Assembly: GCA_015680685.1 (NCBI GenBank)
Contig: MNCI01000291.1
Coordinates: forward strand, 197,853-261,852
Reading direction: 5' to 3'
Source: Gnetum montanum
Lineage: Eukaryota; Plantae; Gnetophyta
Length of the DNA stretch: 64,000 nt
Shown here: positions 51,342-64,000 of the stretch, one piece after another
Layout: every line of letters starts with the position of its first letter
Numbering within the stretch: the first letter of the stretch is position 1
Translations under genes and position numbers: made by a program
Notes under the pieces: model-generated
Told to the model about the DNA's origin: nothing
Seen by the model: the letters and a program-made list of their open reading frames with translations, nothing else
The model's database searches: none

Positions 51342-52229
51342 ATAGCCTTGATAAAAAATTCATTTTGAGTCCAATCAGATTGATTCCACCTCTGTTAAAA
51401 AACTAAAGCCAAGACCTAATTAGCCATATCCAAAAAATAGCCAAAACCCTTACTTTTTTCTTAGGAAAAATCTGTGAACAAACATGAAATTTTAAAAATG
51501 GTATAAAGAACCTAATTGCACAACCTTAGGAAAATAGCTATAACTCCATTGATTCAAAACCAAATTGAATGAAATAACATCTGTTGGAAATCTTAAACAT
51601 GGGGCTACAAACTCATAAAATCAGGTTTTAAAAATATGCAGCCATTTTCTTAAGAAAAACTACACAACATTGTCTACTTTTTTTCATGTAGAAAAGCTAA
51701 AATTCCTAAAGCCCAAATTAACAAAAGCATTAAAACATAGCCAAAAAAACTAAAAAAATTGATACCCATTATAAAGCATACTAAAATAATGGGGTAGGAT
51801 TTCATTTAAATTTAATTTTGACCAATTCCTTGGCCTAGATTAGAAAAAATGGCCATACCCCCAAATTTTGGGAGAAAAGCATGAAAACATCAGACTAGAT
51901 TTTAAAAATTGAATCTATTAAAGAAAAAAAATGAAAAGACCATGGATTCATGTGGAAATGACTAAAATAAGAGGTGAGATTTTGAAATAATTTCAATTTA
52001 CCCCCTCTATTAGTGTATATCTAAGAAAAAATGGCCTTACATGTAATAAGAATAAATACAAGAAGACCATAGAAAACAAGTAAAAATGAACATAAAAATA
52101 GGTAGAAATGTCTACCTTGAAGTGGTAATGGATGAGGCCTAGATTAAGATAGGCCTAGGAACCTCTAGCAACTCCCTACTACATTTGTCTACTCTTTGGA
52201 TCATTGAATTCCAACTCTTTCCTTGTTTG

Positions 52230-54810
52230 TTTCCATCCATGTTGATCATCTCATTCACAATGTGGATGGATGGGGGGAAGTCAAAGTGACTTAAATTGAC
52301 TATCTAGTAGCCATTTTTCAAAGCTTGGTGATCCCTAGACCTTGAAAAAACCATCTATAGCATCTAGATGCCCTAAAAGTAGTCAAATATGGTACAAAAC
52401 TACCATCCCTCTCTTATCCATGTTGGGGCCATCATTCCCAATGTTGAATAAATCGGGGGAGACTGCATGAGGCACTTAAAAGCCTCCAAACTGATGGATC
52501 TTAGTACCAAACATTGACTATCAACATTGGCAATCCTAGAGGCTAACATGCATGATCTATTGGCTCTCAATCTAGCCTATATCTAACTTTCTTAGTTGGG
52601 GAAGACCTCTTCCACACTAAACATCCTAGTCCTAGCATGGATGCAAAGGAGGAAGCCACTAGACTTCTAAAAGTAATCATTGATGACCAAAAACCATTTC
52701 CTCCTAATTTTCCACACTAATCCTCCCACCCTCAGCATGGATGAAAGGGGGGAGCCTAAAAACCCTCTCACAACCTTCAAAATAACTAGCTTTTAACCTT
52801 AGATACTAATGGCCACCACCGGCAACCCTATAGACACTCATTCATAGCTTGATTTAATCATAAAAGGTAAAAAGATCTTCCCTCCTGATCTTCCATATTG
52901 AGTATGGAAGCCCCAACATGGAAAAATGGGGGGAAGCTTAAAAATTACATAATAATCCTTGAGACAATCAAATCTTAACATCAAGAATCAGCAGTTGACA
53001 CTAGCAACCTTAGAAGCTTGTATGCATAGCTAGGAATGATGCAAAATGGTAAAAATTAGGGTCTCTTAGTTTTTCCACATTGCAAGCCACCTCCTCCACA
53101 TTGCCTAGCATGGAAGGAATGGGGGAATTTTTAGGGAACTCCAAAATAGCCTCCAAATATCTTGAATGAACACCAGAAAGACCTACATATGTCCCAAAAT
53201 CTTGTTTGCACATCCTAAGATCATCAAGATTGTCAAAATCAATCATGAATAGTCACAAAGAATTTCCCCCATTTTTTCCATGCTGAGCATGGGAGGCCCA
53301 GCATGGAAAAAATGGGGAACATCAAAAACCACTCAAAAACTCTTGAAATGATCAAATTTTGACACCAAACATTGGTAATCGACACTAGTAACCTTAAAGA
53401 CCTACATGCATGACTAGAAATAATGCTAAAAGCTAGAGAGTTGCTTTCCCTTATTCTTCCACGTTGAGAATACTATCCTTAGCATGGAAAATAGGGGGAA
53501 GCTCAAAAACCATCTAGGAAATCTCCAAACTAGTCAAACTTGAGCTTAAACCCTAGTCCTTAACCCTAGTAAGCTTAGAGGCATGCATGCATAATCAATT
53601 GAGGTCAAAACTAGCATAGATCTAGGATTTATGGTTCTTTCATGTTGGGGATCCCTTTTTCTATGTTGAGGATGGTATCTGCAATGTGAAAACTAAAGGG
53701 AGAACCCATTTGGAAACTCTTAAACACCTTAGAATGACATCAAATGATCTTACATGAACTCTAGAACCTTACCAGCAATCATTGGAGACTTCAAACCTTA
53801 GAAAACTAACCCTAGATGGTTAAAAAAGGGTTTCCCTATTCTTCAACATTGAGCTCCCTAGCCCCAATGTGTAAAAATGGAGGGAAGCTTCAAAATCACT
53901 TGTGAGTAGTTAGAATTACCAAAATTTGACATGGAGACCTAGCCCTTGGCCCAAGCAACTCTAGAAGCTAACATGCACAGTTGATGGTAATTTGAATAGG
54001 TCTAGATCTAGGATTCTTGCCTCATCCATGCTAGAGGAGATCCTTTCCACACTTGGTGTCATGGAAACAAGGGGACAAAGTTACTTTTCCACTTTTGGTG
54101 GCAAGATGACACTCCTGAAAGCCAAAGATCTACATTGGAGAAGTGTAGGACCTCATAGCCTTGATATTTTGCTCATTTGACATCATTTTGATCTTCAAAA
54201 CCCATTCCCCCCAATTTTCCATGCTAGAGTAGGTTTCCTAGCATGGAAAAAAGAGGGGAAGACCTTAAGTACCCTTGAATGACCTCAAAATTAGCCAAAA
54301 ACTTGTAGAATCTTGCTTTATAGCCCTTTAGGCCTAGAAACATGGTTAATGTGATCTTAAACCACTTTAAATCCATGAAACAAGTGTTCCCCAATTCTTT
54401 CATACTGGGGATATTATGCTTCACATGGAAAAAGGAGGGGATGCCATTTCAATATGTTTTTACACTCAAAATCAACTCAAATTGCCTCAAAGTGAGCAAG
54501 AGGATGCATAACTTCTAGATCCAGGTTTTGGTTTCTTGTTTAACCTTGTTTGACCCTATCTTAGCTAAGATTTTTGTTTTACACACTAAGCCCCCTTTCT
54601 TCCACATTGGCCAACATGGAAACAAGGGGGGAAGGCTCTGAAACTTGTGTTTTGATCTTTATAGACATCTAGAGTGCCTAACTTTGATGAATTTGACCCT
54701 ATGCTACCTTGGGAAGGTCTTGGAACCTTAATTTTGGACCGTTTAGCACCCCAAAACTGATTTTCATGCTAAGGATCCCTATTTCAACTGTGAACCCAAA
54801 GTGGAATCCT
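52230..54810. repeat. Internal ~180 bp palindrome-core array of copy C
   Basis: Same inverted-repeat cores as in copy A (e.g. 52710, 52891, 53276, 53456, 54216, 54600). Fewer units. Confidence 0.82.
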
Positions 54811-55510
54811 CAAAACACTTGATTTTTGGGTCCAAAAGGCCTAGAAATAACCCTGATTGATGCCCAAACTCACTTAATAGCCTTGTAGCCTCAAAACATG
54901 GCCCAATAAGGTTTGAAAATGGCAAAACCTAACCATGTTTTACCTATATTGGCCAAAATTTATCATTTATATCCTTTTTTGCTTAATTTTAAACTTATTA
55001 CATATTTTTTTGGCTTGTTTTTGGACTTGTGTTACATTGTTGACCTTGTTGACCTTCTATAACCTTTATACAACATTGAATGTTCCTTATGTGTCTTATT
55101 ATAGAATTATTTTCCTTTTTTTTTCCTTTGAATGGTATCAAATAGTGTGGTTCGACCTTTCCTAACCACTATTTGACATCATGTGACCATGACCTACTAA
55201 GGCCTTAAATTAGCATCATAGTCCATAAAGATCCTAAGCTAGAATCTTGGCCTAATAAGGCCTAAAAATAGAAAAATTATCACCTTTTTTGATCATTTGT
55301 AGCCTTATTTCTCATACTTCCCCTTGATTGATCCTTATTTAACCTTTGTTGGCCTCTATTATACTTTGTTGAATTTTCCCTACCTCATTGATGATCTTGA
55401 TAGCCTTGTTTGCATTAGATTTGCAAGTATTTGGATAATTTTATAGTATTTTAGTATTATTTATTTAGGTTTACCCAAGTCCCACTTAATATGCTTTTAG
55501 TTGCCATGCA

Positions 55511-58500
55511 AGATCAAAGTATGAGTACCTGGGAGCAGATCAATTTTCCTTTGTATCTACATGGACCTCAAGGTGATGCTGAATGGTTTATCGACCTTAA
55601 TTACCAAATATTGAGCCTGAGAGTCTTTTAGACCACATATCCTCAATAGAAAACCCTCTAGAATGGTCTAAAAGCCTAGTCAAAACCCTTGACTTAGTGG
55701 TCGGTGATAGAAGACTCTCTAGTTGAAGTTCCTGTCACAACACACAATTGTAAGAAGAAAACCCCTAAACTAAGTTTCTCACTAGAGACTGAATATGCTC
55801 AAGACATCAACAAGGTCTTACAAAGAAACATTAAGGTCTTTTCCTGGTCATATGAAGATATGCCAGGCCTAGATCCATGTTTGATCCAACACAACATCAT
55901 ACTAGATCCTCACATTAGACCAATTAAGTAAAATGTGCATAAGATTAGACTAGATTTTGCCTTGGCATTTTATGATAAAATCTCAAAGGTCTATCAAGCT
56001 GCTTTCATTAGGGTTGTTGACTACATGGAATGGGTGTCCAACATAGTGGTAGTCCCTAAGAAAAATGGGAGTACCCGTATTTTCATTAATTTTTGAGACC
56101 GAAATAAAGAAACTATTAAGAATGACTTTCCTTTGCCTAGTATTGATCAACTTATCAATACTATGGCCAGACATGCCTTGTTGTCCTTTATGGATGGATT
56201 CTTGAGATATAACCAAATTAGGATCAACCTAGAGCACCAACTTAGCATAACCTTTATGATGCCATGAGGTATCTTTTTCTATACTATGATGCCATTTAAC
56301 CTTAAGAATGTTGGAGGAGCCTATCAATGTGGCATGACCTATATATTTAGCAATTACATGCTAGGTTTGCTTAATGATTACCTAGATGACATAACCATTA
56401 AGTTCAAGATGGCTAATGATCATGCTAATGACCTAGACCTTGTGCTTAAACAATGCCTCAAATACAAGCTTACGCTCAATCCCAAGAAGTGTGTCTTTGG
56501 TGTCAAGACTAATAAGATGCTTAGCTTTATAGTATTTATAGGGATATGTGTCGATCCTAATAAGATTAAGGCCATATCAAAATTTGTAGTTCCTACCAAC
56601 CTTAAAGAGGTTTGTGGATGGCAGATTATAGTTTATTCATAGGTTTATCATTAGGCTTACAAATAGGTTAGAGTCCATGTAATAATTGCTTAAGAAAGGA
56701 GTTCACTATGAGTGGATGACTTAATGCCAAGAGGCCTTTGAAAACCTTAAGCAAGAATTGACACAACTACTAACAGTCTATCCTCTGCAAGGGGGTAAAC
56801 CATTTTACATCAACCTTTCCATCTTTGATACATCCATTGCCTCTCTACTCTATCAGAAACATGATGATGGAGTAGAAATGCCCATATACTATCTTAGCCA
56901 CATGTTAGTTTCCCATGAGGTTCAGTACATTGAAGTGAAAAAGTATTATCTAGTAGTAGTCTTCTTGTTGAAGAACTAGAGACACTATCTCTTCAGAAGC
57001 GAAGTCAACATAATTTGCAAAGATAACATACTTAGAGCCATAATGACCAACATCTAAAAAAGTAGCCATATAGCCCAATGGAAAGCCATAACCATGAAGT
57101 TTAACCTCCATTATATCTATCAATTCTCAATGAAAGGTCAAGCTATAGCTGTACAACCCACACCTGTTGACGGACAAGCAACCATAGATTTTGAATTCCC
57201 TAATGAATACATTAATGCAATTATCCAAGTGCCTAAACATTATGAGGTAGTCATGCACTTTGATGAAGCTTCAACCACCCATGGGGCCAATGTTGCTACC
57301 ACCATAACATTTCCATCCAATGAGATCTAATCCTTTGCCTATCGTTTTGAGTTTTCATGTACCAACAACATAGTGGAGTATGAAGGTTTGATCAGAGGAA
57401 TGATGGTAGCTCATGACCTAGGAATTAGATTCTTAGTAAGCAAAGGTAATTCACAACTTATTGTTAACCAAGTAACTAAAGTCTACGCATGTAAAGCTAA
57501 ACACTTAAGACCTTACTATGACCTAGGAAAACAATTGTTATAATAATTCATAGACATTAATATCTAACATGTACCCTGAAGTGAGAATGCCATAGACAAT
57601 GCAACTACAATGTCAGCCATTAGTGTGATGTTAGATGTATTTAATAAGTTGTCCACATTAATCGTGAACTGTGCTACTCCCATCACATAGAACACTAAGG
57701 ATACCCTTGTGGTCATCATTCATACTACTCCTCCTAAGGAGTGGTATGATGATATCAAATTCTACCTTATGCATGGAAAATCCTCACAAGGCTTGACTAC
57801 TACTGAAAAGGATGTTGTACTTAAGAGATCAAAGAAGTATGTCATCATAGGTGATAATAAATTATGTTGATGATCCTATGATGACATACTCCTAAAGTAC
57901 TTAGGTAAAACTGAAGCCAGAATAGTCCTAGAGGAGGTTTACGAGGACGTTGGTGGAGGACATATAGGATCTAGAGTCATGGCTACTAAGATTATATGGT
58001 TAGGTTATTACTCGTCCCATATGAAAATGACTACCTATAGAAGGTTAAGCTATGTAACACATGTCAATGATATAGTAACCTTATACATGTATCACCAACT
58101 AAGTTGCACACTACTCAAATCACATGGCTTTTTCAATGATGGGGATTGGATATCATTGGACCTATAACACCTAAGTCTTTCATAGGGCATAGCTTCATCA
58201 TCATCACAACCAAATACTTTACAAAGTACGTTGAGGTTGTTCCCTTAAGGAGACTACAATTGAATAAGTTTGCAAATTCTTTCTAGATTACATTGTAGAC
58301 CATTTCATCAATGATTTCTTTCACAACCTAGGCATTAAGAATTCTTTCTCATCACCTTATTACCATCAAGATAGTGGACAAGTGAAAGCAAGTAATAAGG
58401 CCATCATCAACTTACTTAAAAACATGCTTGACAATAGCAAACACAAGTGGCATGAGTGGCTTGTCCATGCACTATGGGCATATAGAACAACCTATCACAT

Positions 58501-58930
58501 GGTAACTAGTATGACCTCTTAGAGCTTTGTTTATGGTTCTAAAGTTGTTTTGCCTTTTTAATTATGGGTGTCATTATTCTGAGTAGCCTTGATTGAGTTC
58601 ATCAACAATGAGTAGAACAAGGAATTGTAGATAGTGACCCTAGACTCGATGGAGGAGTAATGTATGTAGAAAGTTGCTCACATCGAACATTATCAATAGA
58701 GGTAGAAGCAATAACATCACCATAACTTGACCATGTGCAAGATCAAAGAAGGTGACTTGGTTCTTAAATCTATCTATGAGCATGTAAACAAATTCTCAAC
58801 CAACTAGGAAGGATCCACATTCTCACTAGAGCCTATGGAAATGATGCTTTTAGAATAGCCAACATGGATGGGAATGAGCTAGCCAATCCAATCAATCATT
58901 CTTATCTAAATCCATGTTACATGTAGTTGA
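55511..58930 (+). pseudogene. pol of copy C (RT-RH-aRH-INT), degenerate
   Basis: Motifs VFSWSYEDMPGLDP, MPFNLKN.GGAYQ, YLDD, LNPKKCVFGV, HFDEAS...TNNIVEYEGL, WGLDIIGPI, ALWAYRTT. Confidence 0.92.
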
Positions 58931-59151
58931 CAATCATCATCAAGCAAGCTTGCTTTTGATAGTCTACTACAACCTTAAACTAGAAACACAACCTATTACT
59001 TCAAACTAGCAACATTGGTAACCTAGATAGCTTGATTCTATCACCTCACGTGACTTGTATGCATTGCAGCATCATAATGTGTAGTGCTATTTTATATTCT
59101 TTGTTAGTGCCTCTCAGGTCAATCCTCCAGACATCAACAAAGAGGGGCCAT

Positions 59152-59821
59152 TGAAACACCATGAAAATTTGTATGTCATAGCCAATGTTAATCATGTAGT
59201 TTTCACCCCATGAAACTCAAGGCAAAACTTCATTGTGAATATGAATATTGTAATCCATAGTGGGTAATTTCACATACTTTATACTTTTGGGATTGAAAAA
59301 TGCCTCATAGGTGATCAAAGCCTTATTGCCCAAGTCAAAAAAGTCATCTACTATCTATATTTGAACTTGGGAGCATCAAAAATGTCTTTTGAAATCTCAA
59401 AAATGGTAATTTGATGGGTTTTATGGGAGGTATACATTTATCTAAGCTAGAAAAAATTGTAGGGGGGTAGATCTCACCTATCCCCAACATGGAGAGATGG
59501 GAGGATTTCCCCTTAGCTTGGAAACTTTCCCTCTTCCCCTAGCATGGAGATTGCATGCTCATCTTGGAAACCTTCCCCCTAAACATGGAAGTTTTACCCT
59601 AGCATGAAAACTACATGCCACCAACATGGAAGATATAAAAGCCAAAATTCATCACTTCATGCACTTCAACATTGACCAGCCACTTCAACAAGCATGATGG
59701 AGAGCTCAGCATAGAAGATTCATCTTCAAAATGAAAGGTGTTCCCTAGCTACTATTTATAGTAAATAGAATGGCCATGGGGGAAGAATTTACTATGTATA
59801 GTAACACCCCCCACCACCCAC

Positions 59822-59854
<33 letters not shown>

Positions 59855-60728
59855 ATTTGGCATCCATCTCACTTGAATGAGGTAGAAATTTTGCAATAAT
59901 TTGGCAGGCATTTTGTAGCCAAATCACAACTATTTTTCAGCCCCATTCATGGCCCAAAACCTATAAAAACCAACCTCAAACACCATTTACATGTTCAACA
60001 CTTTTCACACTTTAGTAATTTTCTCAAGGTTCCACTCTTTTTTAACACTTGAACACATTAAGCATACACATAAGCAATAATTCCACACTTGGTGCATTTT
60101 CAAGTACTAAAGAACTCTTGTAATCTTCCATGTTTGCATTCTCTTGAACCCAAACATGGAAACATTATCACCCTGATACTTGTGGATATTTGGTGTCAAC
60201 ACTACACTTCAAGGATTTCCAAACCCTAGCATGGACTAATCTAGCATTCAAATTTTCCACTTTTCTCACCCTCTAGTAGTGATCAATGTTGCAAATCGTA
60301 GATTGTAGTATTGAAAGTTTAATAGCAATGGGAGTTGTAAGACATCCAGATCATGGAGTTAACTACATTAACTTCAATGAACCCTAAACCCCCATCCAAG
60401 TGAACCCCCTACTACACATTCAAGCACCATTTGTACACATTTCTCTAACTTATTATTTATTTTTGCTTAATAAAGTTTTAAGTTTTGAGTTTTGTGTGCA
60501 AGATATATCTATTTATTTTTCTATGCATTAGTCGAATCTACTATTAGTTTTTGCATTCCATTTTGTTATATTATTTTGGAAACCCTCCAAGTTCCTAGTT
60601 GATCTACTAGACCAACCAGTGTGCCCTAAATCCCATTTTCTTAAAGGCCCTAGGGATCCATGTGTTGAGGAACCATTGTGCACTAGATTTGCAATTTTTT
60701 CCAGAGATCCAATTTTCGGATCACAACA
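59152..60728 (+). repeat. 3' LTR of copy C
   Basis: TGAAACACC...TCACAACA, directly after the PPT. Confidence 0.9.
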
Positions 60729-61503
60729 AAGGACATTCTTACTAACAAGGAATCCATCCATGTGGTAATGATTCCTTCTTCACCAAGGAAAAATAAGTCA
60801 ACATCGTTGGTGTTTCATGATAGCATGGTCAAAACTAGTCCCAAAAATGGCAAAGTGACCAAGGCTCATCTTTTCATAAACATATGCATAGGGCAGTAAG
60901 AGGTGCATTGAGTGCATGTTGATGATGGTGCTACAACTAATATTATCCCATGCACCATTGTTGAACACCTAGGCTTGATAGGGCAAATACAACATACAAC
61001 AACATCTGCTCTTAAGTCCTTAAATGGGTCAAGGGTTGCTATCAAGAGGTCTATCTTCTTGGACTTTGTAGTAGGGGAGTAATTCCCCATAACTTCCAAT
61101 TTCTTGATAGTGGAGGAGATACCAAGGTTTAACCTTACCCTAAGAAGACCTTGGTTGGCTCAATTATGGGCTATATCTTCACCTATCCACCAAGAGATTC
61201 ACCTTCATTACAAGGGAATGCAATCATCATTCATGATGATAATGTGATTCCCCTGGATGTTAATAATGTAGATATAGAGCAGTGGTCTAAGTGGAGTTTC
61301 AAGAGCAAACTCCCAACCACGAAATGCAAAAACCTGAAAGAGCAAAGAAAGCCAAAAGCGACAACAATGAACAACATAACACACTATGGGAAGAACTTTC
61401 CTCCAACATCATTAGTGAAGGGGATGGAGAGTACAAACTTGTGCAAAGCATGCCTTACATGTTTCCTAACCTTTCAAAGATTAGGAAGAGTTTGCACAAG
61501 TAA
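60729..61503 (+). pseudogene. Remainder of copy B gag-protease
   Basis: VHVDDGATTNII (~60912), FNLTLRRPWL, and the end KIRKSLHK-stop. Confidence 0.85.
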
Positions 61504-62319
61504 GGTGCACCCCTAATCCTTCCACGTTAATCCCTTGCAACCTTTGTATCCATGCATTGATAGCTAGTTAGCCTAGATTTCCTTTGTTTCCTGTTGAGTA
61601 TTGTTGTTTACTTTATTTTTGCATTGTTTTAGCCTTTTTATTATGTAGCCTAAAGACATAATTTTATTTGCATTTCTATTTTTACTTTTCTTTTTTAACA
61701 TGGTATAAAATAGAAAACCCATTAAAAAATTTAAAATAGAAAATCACCAAAAAATATATGAGTTTCCTTTCAACCTAGGCCTATCATGGCCTAAAATTGG
61801 CAACATTATATGGTCCATCATGGTCTAAAATTGGCAAAACCCATGGTTTACAAGGCCTTAAACCAGCACTATAGTTCGCTAAGACTTTAAATTGGCACCA
61901 CAATCTACTAAGAGTCTAAACTAGCACCATGTTCCACTATGACCTTAAACTAGTGATAAACATATAGCCCACCATGTCCTAAAATCGACAAGAAAACCTC
62001 ATCCTATAGCCTTTCATAGTCTTATAGTTTAGCCAACATAGCCATTCTCAACATAGTTATTTACAACATTCATAGCCTTAAAACCTTAAAACAATAAAGT
62101 CATCAACAACATATATAGGAAAAACTAAAACCAAAACTTAAAATTTAAAACATTTTAAGAATAATATATAAAAATATATCTAGCCATGGCTAGATTGTAT
62201 GGCATAAATATTAAAGTAGTAAACCAAAAGTGTCAAAATGTCTACATCTCAAACATTGGCCAACATTGTTCATGTAAGATCCAACATGAAAACTAAAATG
62301 AAATAGAAAATAAGTGCTA

Positions 62320-64000
62320 TCACACCAAATGTCTCGTGGTGCTAAGAGGGCATCTGGAATAGGAGGTGATTTATCATCATCATCACTATCACTGTTGGGG
62401 CCTCTAGTGTTACTAGATGCCTATTGCATAACAACATAAAATCAATTAGTAACTAATAGCCAAAACTATGACTTAAATAAATCCAAAATTAAAATTCAAA
62501 AATTAAAAGCCTTCAAACTTACAATTTGGCTTCATGAACTCTTGGAGAAGATGTTGAAGGCTAGTCTCCAAACAATGGAGAGTCTGGTCTTCCATCATGT
62601 TGGCCTAGTTGACATCTTCAAAATTAATTTCAATGAGGATGTTAATCCTATCCACACCCATCCATGATGGCAGCTCCCATGAGACTGTAGCCATATAAAT
62701 CTCATCTGTAGTTGTAGTGACTTCAAGAGAAGGAGACTCAACTACTGTGACAGTGCTCTCAAAGAGTTTTTAAGCACTCTTAGCCTCAATTCCCTAAATG
62801 AACAGCTTCATCTTACGATATTCAATTGTATCCTTCTTTAGCCATTTCAAGTATGCCTCCCAATTAGCCTTACACTATCTCTTATGATCTTTTTACACCT
62901 GGCCCCACTCTAGGACCTAGGCACTGTAATCCTTCTAGTCTTGGGCCTTTCAAAAGATCAAATCCATCTACATCTACTGATCAACCAACTCCCTAGAAAG
63001 AGCCACCTTGCCATGGATAGTGCACTAATAATAGGCCCACATGATCTCTTTAGTCTGTAAGTTCTTGAGTTATCCACTTAGGCCTTCATGAAGGTCTTAT
63101 TATCCTTGAGATCCCTAAGCCTCTCTAACTGCCTTTTATTTTTCTCCTCAAGGCCACAACTTACTCCCATGAAGTTTTTGCACATGAAACTGCAAGATCA
63201 ATGGTAGTTTTGTATAGCTTCATGGGGACATTTTGAGTTTCAAAAGGAAGCTTAGGTAAGGAGTCAAATTCCTTGTCTTGGGTCAAGTCCCACACAACTA
63301 ATGGCACTAAAACCAACAAGTATACCATAAACAAAATATACAATTGTATACCATCAAATCCTTTGGTGATGATAGATAGTAAATCTCCTATGTTCTTTGG
63401 TGGATTTTGGGCTTGCATAGTTGGATAAACATGCTTTATCCAAGGCCTAGATGGTTGGTTTAAGTCCTAGCTTACCCATCATCCATTCCTACTCACCACC
63501 AAGAACTTTGTGAATCTCTTTAGATAACCCACAAAAAATGCATAATGCATGTGGATTATCGTAGAGGCATCTTCACAAAGTTTGAGGATTTCCTCCTTGA
63601 GGCCCATAGCTAAAGAATTAGCCTAGTTGAAGCATGTGCCATCCATCAAGACCTTTTTGATGGTTCATCCCTATGCAATACCGATTACCTTCTTTTGAGA
63701 CAATAATTTAGGGAAGGCACTGGATCAAAACAAAGGATAAGATTCCTTTGCTTCAAAATTTGTGAAGCCATCCAACAAAAGCCTAGAGTAGCCCTTGTTG
63801 GCACTAAGCCACTCATAAGCTTCCTTGTAATGACCAATCTCCTTCACTGGTTTGGTGGCAACCATCACCCCATCAACAAGGATACCAAAAAATTCATAGA
63901 AGGTTGCCTTACTAATGGCAATGACAATCACTATGCCTCATGCTATGATGTGGAGCACATTGGCTCCTACATTAAAGAAGTCAATGACATTTAACATCTC
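62320..64000 (-). pseudogene. 3' part of the antisense accessory gene of copy B (with internal deletion)
   Basis: ORF pieces 63725..63931 (...FTNFEAKESYPLF) and 63161..63418 (...VPMKLYK) are homologous to copies A and C. Confidence 0.78.

Larger units (their letters stand above)
45980..52230 (-). pseudogene. Antisense multi-exon accessory gene of copy C
   Basis: ORF pieces 48422..48751, 48056..48418 and 47185..47559 are homologous to copy A. Splice sites include TGCAG|G (~49597), AG|GTAAAT (~48799), AG|GTAAGC (~47628), AG|GTAAAG (~47099) and AG|GTAGAC (~52115). Confidence 0.8.
39598..60728 (+). mobile_element. Tat-lineage element copy C, both LTRs present (~21 kb), nested in the gag of copy B
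   Basis: LTRs at 39598-41104 and 59152-60728, PBS at 41113-41129, PPT aagaggggc at ~59140-59148. Degenerate TSD AATGG/AAGGA. The host gag is contiguous across the insertion. Confidence 0.9.
34478..64000 (+). mobile_element. Tat-lineage element copy B (5' LTR, PBS, gag split by copy C, protease, antisense gene); continues beyond the window
   Basis: LTR at 34478-~36017 and PBS at 36024-36040. gag 36729-39597 resumes at 60729 in register with copy A (...cccattagt / ggacattcttactaacaag). Confidence 0.85.

Overview
Plant nuclear DNA, mostly decayed and nested Ty3/gypsy LTR retrotransposons. A large, heavily methylated genome is inferred from the CG/CHG decay; the species cannot be named from sequence. 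A ~7 kb host island (~23-30 kb) holds an intact 3-exon Lsi2-like (silicon/arsenite efflux, ArsB/NhaD-type) transporter gene and a tRNA-Arg(ACG) gene, next to a 3' RTE-LINE fragment. Most of the window is three copies of one Tat-lineage family with an archaeal-type RNase H (aRH): A ~0.8-21.8 kb, B from 34.5 kb past the window end, and C 39.6-60.7 kb nested inside B. There is also an old Athila-like element and three younger Athila-like solo LTRs with TSDs. The main finding is the architecture shared by the Tat copies. gag-protease ends in a stop and lies ~10-11 kb from RT-RH-aRH-INT. The gap holds an ~8-exon antisense gene and a ~3.5 kb array of ~180 bp units, each carrying one palindrome (ancestral TTCCACGCTG-N-CAGCGTGGAA). 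The same motif is multimerised in the LTR. The LTR also appears to have back-to-back TATA boxes and a second, spliced antisense reading frame crossing the PPT. All TE ORFs here are pseudogenised. TE coordinates and exon boundaries were read by eye and are approximate unless a TSD or splice site is quoted.
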